Source: Pseudomonadota bacterium
GTDB lineage: Bacteria; Desulfobacterota; Desulfobacteria; Desulfobacterales; RPRI01
Direction: 5' to 3'
Length of the DNA: 64,000 bases
Assembly: GCA_043825875.1 (NCBI GenBank)
Contig: JBDRRF010000111.1
Coordinates: forward strand, 1-64,000
The notes beneath the pieces were generated by a model. It did not search any database. It saw only the letters and a program-made list of their open reading frames with translations, and was not told where the DNA came from. The translations under genes were made by a program, and so were the position numbers. Shown here one piece after another: positions 57,489 to 64,000 of the stretch (positions are counted from its first letter, which is position 1; every line of letters begins with the position of its first letter).

Positions 57489-60400
57489 TTAATTGGTAGT
57501 CACTCTCACCTCTACTGAGTGTTCCTGCCGGTCATCAACAAGGGTAATCGTTTTACCCTGTTGCGGGGCCCCATCAACGATCACACTCGGTGTGCTGTCG
57601 CCAGGCTGCGTGCGCAAAACTGCAATGTGGTAGACGGTTTCCCGATACCGGTAATGTAAAGTGAAGCCCTCCCAATCCGCAGGAAAAAGCGGTTTGATAC
57701 TCAGCTTATCCACTTCCAGTTTCAAACCCAGTAGTGATTCCACGATCAGCCGGTACATCCAGCCTGCCGAACCGGTGTACCACGTCCATCCGCCACGGCC
57801 GGTGTGAGGTGAGACAGCATAAACATCAGCCGCAACAACATAGGGTTCGACTTTGTATGTCGCAACCGATTCAGGAGAGTTTGCGTGGTTCACCGGATTG
57901 ATCATTGTCATCAGCTCCCAGGCACGCTGGCTATCACCCAATTTAGCGAAGGCCATCGCCAACCAGATTGCCCCATGAGTGTATTGCCCGCCATTCTCAC
58001 GTACACCGGGGACGTATCCCTTTATATAGCCTGGATTTAAATCGGACTTGTCGAATGGCGGGTCCAGGAGTTGGATCAGCGCCTGGTCCCTGTTGATAAG
58101 ATGTTGATCCGCCGCCGCCATGGCAATGCGCGCACGTTCGGCATCACCGGCACCGGAGAGAACAGACCAGCTTTGCGCAATTGAATCAATCCGGCATTCG
58201 GGGTTGTCCATAGACCCAAGCGGCGAGCCGTCATCGAAGTAAGCGCGTCGGTACCAACCACCATCCCAGCCATGCTGCTCGATGTTTCCGCGCAAGAGGG
58301 CAGACTCTGCTTCGCAGCGTTCGGCAAAGGATAGATCGCCGCGTATTCGGGCAACCTCAACAAATTGCATAAGTACTGCATAAAGGAAAAAACCAAGCCA
58401 TATGCTTTCGCCTTTCCCCTCTATTCCCACCATGTTCATGCCGTCGTTCCAGTCGCCGGAGCCCATGAGCGGCAATCCGTGCTCGCCATAGTTGAGGCCT
58501 CTCAATATGGCTTTTACGCAATGTTCGTACAAACCGGCTGATTCCTGAGACCGGCTGGGCAAATCATAATAGGAATCCTCATTTGTATTTATCTGTCGGC
58601 CCTGAAGAAAGTGGGTGGTCTCATCCAGCACACCATAATCCCCGGTGCTCCGAACGTAGCGGCACATGGCCAACGGCAGCCAGAGGTAATCATCGGAACA
58701 TTGCGTGCGCACCCCGCGGCCAACAGGAGGATGCCACCAGTGCTGCACATCTCCCTCGGAGAATTGACGGCTTGCGGCAAGAAGGAGGTGCTCACGGACG
58801 AGGCGGGGCTCGGTGTGAATGAGCGCCATAACATCCTGCAACTGATCGCGAAAACCGAAGGCGCCACCGGACTGGTAGTAGCCGCTGCGTGCCCATAGTC
58901 TGCACACTATAGTCTGGTACAAAAGCCAGCCGTTGGTCAATAAGTTGAGGGACTGGTCAGGTGTTTCCACGTTCACAGCACCGAGCGTATGTTTCCAGTA
59001 TTGCCAGATCTTTTCTATTGCCTGGTGCGCAGCAGCAGTTCCCCGGAAGCGACGGACCAGGTTACCGGCATCCTCGGCGTTTCGCCCGACACCAAGCCTG
59101 AACACTATTTCGCGCTCCTGACCAGCGGCCAGCTCGAAGGAAACCTGGACCGCAGCACAGGGATCCATTGCAGCTCCCACCCTGTTGGAAAGTCGCACTC
59201 GGGTCATAGCGGCCGGACTGGCTAGCGTACCATTGCGTCCGATAAATTCAGTCCGGTCACCACTTACCGTCCGGGTAGCTTCGTCCACATCGAAAAAGGC
59301 GGTACGGTCGGGAAATTCAGTATTGTAGGGGTTCCGCGCAAAGAGCGCTCCACTGTTGGGGTCAATTTCGGTAATTACATGCATGGTCGATTTGGGTCGC
59401 AGATCTCCCAGAACCCATTCAACAAATCCGGTAGCGGAAAGCCGTCGTGATCTTTCTGACTCGTTTCTCACCTTTAAGACCGTAAACTTGATCGATGCGT
59501 CCATGTCCACGTAAATCCAAACCTCGGAACGGATGCCACGTTCTGTGTGCTCAAAGACGGTGTAGCCGAATCCGTGCCGTGTAACATAGGGCATCAGCCC
59601 ACGGGTTGGCAGCGGCATGGGGGACCAGAAATGGCCGCGCTCTTCATCGCGTAGGTAGAACGCTTCCCCGCTTGTATCGCTCACGGAATCATTGTACCAG
59701 GGAGTGAGGCGGAATTCGTGGGCATTTTCAGCCCAGGTATAGGCAGAGCCGCTCTCCGAGACGACGGCTCCAAAGTGCGGATTCGCAAGTACATTCACCC
59801 ATGGTGCCGGCGTAACCTGATCTGGCGTAGTAGTAATGATGTACTCATGGCCGTCAGGAGTAAATCCTCCAAATCCATTGAAAAACAGCAAATCATGGCG
59901 AGGCATAGCAGAAACTGCTTGGGGGGAAGCACCACCGTGAATTCGGGTTGGTGTAAGGCTTGGTACCATGGATTCCACAAGGTTTCTCCGGTTAATCTGG
60001 TCAGCCAGCATACCCCTGCCGTCAGTTATTATTGCACGGGCGACTGTTTGGAGCAGGATATGTTCCTCGCTCGATATCTGGTCCGCGGGCCTTACGAAAA
60101 TGCCGCCCGGTTGATCCGTCAAATGGGCTCCAGCGCCTTCGGCGATGAGCCCCATGATTTGTTCATGGAGTTGCTGCCTGTAACCGGCGTGATCCTCGTT
60201 CCAGATCACCAGGTCCACAGCCAAACCTTTTAAGCGCCAGTATGTATGTGCTTGTATAAGTTGACGCACCAGTTCAATATTAGCCGGATCTTGAATCCGC
60301 AGGAGTATGATCGGTAAATCACCTGAAATGGCATAGCCCCATAGACCGGATTGCCCACGGTTATTCTTGATAATAACACTTGCGTCGGCGCGCAGGGAAG

Positions 60401-63400
60401 CATTGGCATAGATCACCGAGCCGGCGAGATGTCCATAGAGCTGCGCTTCGCCCTCTGTGGCATTGATTTGCCGTAGAAAGATATCGCTGTGTGTCCATGC
60501 CAGATCAAAAACCCTATCCGCAAGACGCCGGTCCTGGTATTTCTTGACCAGGCTTAAGGCTATTTCGCGAGTCTCACCAATGCCTGAGACAATATTGACC
60601 GTTACCGTTTCTTCAGCATCGAGCGTGATTTGATAACGGATCGAAACAATCGGATCAAGCACGGAGCCATCACTGCCCGAGAGGGGTGATGCATTACTCA
60701 TTGCTTGAGGGTTGGCAACCGTATTTCCGCGTCCGATAAACCGCAAGCGGTCAGTCTCGTAAGAAATTTCTCCTATCTTAGCGCCATGAACTGCCATCAA
60801 GTGAAACATCCATGGAACGTTCTCGCCCTGGGATCTGGGCCGGCGCGTGCAGAGAATTGCCCGTTGTCGCATAAGAATTTCGGTTTGAACAAAAAGATTA
60901 CTAAACGCCGGATGCAATGTATCCGAAGCCGCTGAGGCAAGGACAACCTCCGCATAACTCGTAACATCTATGGACCTGCGTTTTCCGGAACGGTTGATGA
61001 TGGTGATGCGGCGCAGCTCAATGTCATCTTCAGGCGAAACTGCAATTTCCGTATGCATATCAATGTCATGATGGCTACAACGAAACTCAGCTTTTGCCTC
61101 CGAGAATATCGTTTCATACTTATCTGCTTGTTTGAGCGCCGGTTGATAAGCTGTTGACCAGAATTCTCCGCTTCCCATGTCCCGGATGTAACAGAAGGAG
61201 CCCCAATTATCACAGGTAGTGTCTTCACGCCAGCGGGTTACGGCCATATCTTTCCAGCGGCTATACCCGCCGCCGGCGTTAGTGACCATCGTGTGATATC
61301 TGCCGTTTGACAACAGGTGTACTTCCGGTTTTGGAGTGTTCGGACTGCCGAACACGCGTATTGGTGCTTCCGCGTCCAGTGATTCTGTATGGCTTTCGGA
61401 GAGCTCGGCAGAGTGAACAAAAAACGCAGTAGCTTTGGGAATTCTCTCCTGAAGCAACAGCATGGTTGCCTGGAACATGGGTTCCGACTCAAATCGCTTC
61501 TGCATCGGGCGGTCTAAAAGCACATAAGCCAGAGAAAGAAAACTCATGCCCAGATGATGTGCCATGAAGGACTTTACCACTGCTCTTGATTGTCCGCGCG
61601 GTAAACGTGAAGGAGTATAGTCGATTGCTTCATAGAAGCCATATTCACCGATAAATTTCTCAGCTGCAAGTCGCTCAAGATTCAGGCACGCCTCTTTGGG
61701 TGCAACCATCAGCGCCAAAGCCGTGGCGTAGGGTGCAATAACCAGATCATCTGCGAGCCCGCGCTTGATACCTAAGCCGGGTATGCCAAATGCACGATAC
61801 TGGTAATTAAGTTGAACATCGGTTGCGTTGTACCCGGATTCCGAACTGCCCCATGGCACCCCTTGTTTTTTCCCATATTCTATCTGCCGGGCCACCGCCG
61901 CCTTGTATGTCTGGTCTAGTAGTGTGTGTTCGTAGGTTGGCATCACCAAAAGCGGCATAAGGTATTCAAACATCGAGCCACTCCACGAAAGCAGTATTTG
62001 CTCTCTACCGACAGTGGTCAGCAAACGCCCAAGGGCAAACCAACTCTCCTGCGGCAAATGTCCCTGAGCAATCGCTATGAAACTGCAAAATCTTGCTTCG
62101 GAAGCCAGCAGATCGTAGTAACTTGTATCCCGCCGACGTTCACCAACATTGTAACCTATAGCCAGTAGATTGCACGCCTCGTCGTACAGAAAGTCGTATT
62201 TCATAAGGGAAAGTTCGTCGATTTTTTGTGCCACCTCTTCGATAGTCCTGATCCTCGCAACGGCGCTCCGGGTTGCCTCCGCAAGGTAGGGACTGATCAG
62301 GTGCGCCTCTGTATCAAGGTTGGCTAATTGGCGCAACGTTGGGATTTCATCAATATCCGGCATTTCGCTGAGCCTGTCCGGCGAATCCGGCAATGATGTC
62401 CGGGCCGTAAAAAGTATTAGCTCATCGATGGCGGCCCGGCATTGTCCGGCAAGGGCATGCACCCACCAATGTGTCTGGTTTTCGGGTTCTGCATTGACAG
62501 CATTGACACTGGTGATGATCTCCGCAACGGCCGTTGCCAACTCATCAAGGCACAGGCGCAGTGCCACAAGCGTGGTTGGGGGGAAATCTATTGACGATTC
62601 CAGCAATTTTTTGAGTTCAAGGAGTTGGCCTGAAGCAGTTTTGCCATCCATGTCCCCGATGATATTTACAGTATCTCTGATTCCTTCAAACACTCGCGGT
62701 CCCAGAATCGGATCATGAGGTAGAGCGAGCAGACCCTGCCGCAATGTCAATAGGTGGCCTGCAAGGTTTCCGCTGTCCACGGTCGAGATATAGGCAGGTT
62801 GCAGTGGTTGCAGGGATTGAGTGTCATACCAGTTATAGAAGTGGCCTCGGTAACGTTCCAATGCTTCCATCGTATTGAGAGCATTTGTCGTGCGTTCGAT
62901 GAGTTGTCCCGCCGTGATATAGCCGAAGTCGTAGGCAGACAAATTTGAAAGAAGCGATAGGCCCATGTTGGTCGGCGACGTGCGATGCGCAATTACTGTA
63001 ACCGGGTGTTCCTGATAATTGTCAGGGGGCAGCCAATGATCTTCAGGGCCGACGAAGGTTTCGAAAAAGGCCCATGTCCTGCGGGAAAGTTTCCGGAGAA
63101 AAGTGGTCTGGTCAGCCGTCAGTCTTGCTTCCCTATGAGCAACCTGTCGGCTGATCCACCAGGCAACAACAGGGGAGATAAACCAGAGTCCCAGTATAGG
63201 ACCGGCTACTGCCAATGTCATCGGCATAGAAATTGTCAGATAGATAGCTGTTGCACCAGCAAGAATCGGTGCAATCCACATTAATAGGCAAAAAGAACCA
63301 AGCTTCGCACTAATACTGCTATAACGTTCGTCCGACGTGCTCCATTCAAGAAGCCGCTTGTGGGTGATCAGCATCCTCCAGCACGTACGCAAAATCGCAT

Positions 63401-64000
63401 CAAGACTGAAAAACGCCTCATAGGGAAGGCAGATGAGCGTAAATACAGCCTGAGCAATGTGCCGGCCCATGAAGTGAATGCAGGCAGTAAGGTGCTGGCC
63501 CAGAAGCACATCGCCTGGTTTCTGAATTACTTGCAGGAGAGAGGCAATCAAAGAAGGGATCAGGATAATTCCGAGTACCGATAGGGTCCATAACAAGGAC
63601 GCCGGCAAGACCGTCCAGCCCAGCAGCAAAAGGATTGTCAATGCCGCAGGCACGAGACTGCGCCGCAGGTTATCGAATATCTTCCATTGGGACAGCCATG
63701 AGAGCTGATTCTTTTGACGATGCTCATCAGGACTTGGAACATCCGACAGTAACCATTGCAGTAGCTGCCAATCACCGCGTATCCAGCGATGCCGGCGATT
63801 CACATCCGCATTATAGTGGGACGGATATTCCTCATAGACCATCACATCACTCAACAGGCCCGACCGCGCGTAACATCCTTCTAAAAGGTCATGGCTGAGA
63901 ATCCGGTTTTCGGGAAAACGTCCTTTAAGCGTTTGCTCGAAGGCATCAACCTCGTATATCCCCTTACCGATGAATGAGCCTTCGCCAAACAGGTCCTGGT
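57489..64000 (-). CDS. ndvB: Cyclic beta-1,2-glucan synthase (GT84 + GH94 phosphorylase), 5' part outside window
   Basis: Frame open to window end (QDLFGEGSFIGKGIY...SHDLLEG); RWIRGDWQ; SWSGSMFEY; QSGGAFGFRDQLQD; GDWNDG; ENGGQYTH. Confidence 0.92.
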   Translation of the reverse strand, partial: QDLFGEGSFIGKGIYEVDAFEQTLKGRFPENRILSHDLLEGCYARSGLLSDVMVYEEYPSHYNADVNRRHRWIRGDWQLLQWLLSDVPSPDEHRQKNQLSWLSQWKIFDNLRRSLVPAALTILLLLGWTVLPASLLWTLSVLGIILIPSLIASLLQVIQKPGDVLLGQHLTACIHFMGRHIAQAVFTLICLPYEAFFSLDAILRTCWRMLITHKRLLEWSTSDERYSSISAKLGSFCLLMWIAPILAGATAIYLTISMPMTLAVAGPILGLWFISPVVAWWISRQVAHREARLTADQTTFLRKLSRRTWAFFETFVGPEDHWLPPDNYQEHPVTVIAHRTSPTNMGLSLLSNLSAYDFGYITAGQLIERTTNALNTMEALERYRGHFYNWYDTQSLQPLQPAYISTVDSGNLAGHLLTLRQGLLALPHDPILGPRVFEGIRDTVNIIGDMDGKTASGQLLELKKLLESSIDFPPTTLVALRLCLDELATAVAEIITSVNAVNAEPENQTHWWVHALAGQCRAAIDELILFTARTSLPDSPDRLSEMPDIDEIPTLRQLANLDTEAHLISPYLAEATRSAVARIRTIEEVAQKIDELSLMKYDFLYDEACNLLAIGYNVGERRRDTSYYDLLASEARFCSFIAIAQGHLPQESWFALGRLLTTVGREQILLSWSGSMFEYLMPLLVMPTYEHTLLDQTYKAAVARQIEYGKKQGVPWGSSESGYNATDVQLNYQYRAFGIPGLGIKRGLADDLVIAPYATALALMVAPKEACLNLERLAAEKFIGEYGFYEAIDYTPSRLPRGQSRAVVKSFMAHHLGMSFLSLAYVLLDRPMQKRFESEPMFQATMLLLQERIPKATAFFVHSAELSESHTESLDAEAPIRVFGSPNTPKPEVHLLSNGRYHTMVTNAGGGYSRWKDMAVTRWREDTTCDNWGSFCYIRDMGSGEFWSTAYQPALKQADKYETIFSEAKAEFRCSHHDIDMHTEIAVSPEDDIELRRITIINRSGKRRSIDVTSYAEVVLASAASDTLHPAFSNLFVQTEILMRQRAILCTRRPRSQGENVPWMFHLMAVHGAKIGEISYETDRLRFIGRGNTVANPQAMSNASPLSGSDGSVLDPIVSIRYQITLDAEETVTVNIVSGIGETREIALSLVKKYQDRRLADRVFDLAWTHSDIFLRQINATEGEAQLYGHLAGSVIYANASLRADASVIIKNNRGQSGLWGYAISGDLPIILLRIQDPANIELVRQLIQAHTYWRLKGLAVDLVIWNEDHAGYRQQLHEQIMGLIAEGAGAHLTDQPGGIFVRPADQISSEEHILLQTVARAIITDGRGMLADQINRRNLVESMVPSLTPTRIHGGASPQAVSAMPRHDLLFFNGFGGFTPDGHEYIITTTPDQVTPAPWVNVLANPHFGAVVSESGSAYTWAENAHEFRLTPWYNDSVSDTSGEAFYLRDEERGHFWSPMPLPTRGLMPYVTRHGFGYTVFEHTERGIRSEVWIYVDMDASIKFTVLKVRNESERSRRLSATGFVEWVLGDLRPKSTMHVITEIDPNSGALFARNPYNTEFPDRTAFFDVDEATRTVSGDRTEFIGRNGTLASPAAMTRVRLSNRVGAAMDPCAAVQVSFELAAGQEREIVFRLGVGRNAEDAGNLVRRFRGTAAAHQAIEKIWQYWKHTLGAVNVETPDQSLNLLTNGWLLYQTIVCRLWARSGYYQSGGAFGFRDQLQDVMALIHTEPRLVREHLLLAASRQFSEGDVQHWWHPPVGRGVRTQCSDDYLWLPLAMCRYVRSTGDYGVLDETTHFLQGRQINTNEDSYYDLPSRSQESAGLYEHCVKAILRGLNYGEHGLPLMGSGDWNDGMNMVGIEGKGESIWLGFFLYAVLMQFVEVARIRGDLSFAERCEAESALLRGNIEQHGWDGGWYRRAYFDDGSPLGSMDNPECRIDSIAQSWSVLSGAGDAERARIAMAAADQHLINRDQALIQLLDPPFDKSDLNPGYIKGYVPGVRENGGQYTHGAIWLAMAFAKLGDSQRAWELMTMINPVNHANSPESVATYKVEPYVVAADVYAVSPHTGRGGWTWYTGSAGWMYRLIVESLLGLKLEVDKLSIKPLFPADWEGFTLHYRYRETVYHIAVLRTQPGDSTPSVIVDGAPQQGKTITLVDDRQEHSVEVRVTTN

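Overview
Bacterial window, probably from a strictly anaerobic Desulfobacterota-like organism (inferred from gene content only). (1) 1-13.2 kb is an AT-rich accessory stretch: WD40, TM2 and MBL genes, a small island (Bro-N remnant, truncated HD-domain gene, ParE-type TA pair, MqsR-like toxin with MqsA-HTH-Panacea antitoxin), and a cation:proton antiporter fused to RCK and PTS-EIIA domains. (2) 13.4-36.5 kb is a 22-gene cluster: TetR, an Azoarcus(Bzd)-type ATP-dependent aryl-CoA reductase, ferredoxin, oxidoreductase and beta-oxidation enzymes. Its gene order matches, as I recall it, the thn (tetrahydronaphthoyl-CoA) operon of anaerobic naphthalene degraders. (3) 38.9-56.7 kb is an apparently complete proteusin-like RiPP cluster: two Nif11-leader precursors with hydrophobic Val/Thr/Ala cores, a PoyD-like radical SAM epimerase, two B12-dependent radical SAM C-methyltransferases, an HExxH protein, a substrate-binding lipoprotein, an NHLP-type export system with TolC and a CPBP protease. 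This is the best candidate for an undescribed system. (4) The window ends in the 3' part of a cyclic beta-1,2-glucan synthase gene. Eight copies of a ~142-bp hairpin MITE (four with perfect 4-bp target duplications) and other short inverted-repeat elements are scattered throughout. No CRISPR, rRNA or tRNA was recognised. All family calls are by motif recognition; no searches were run.
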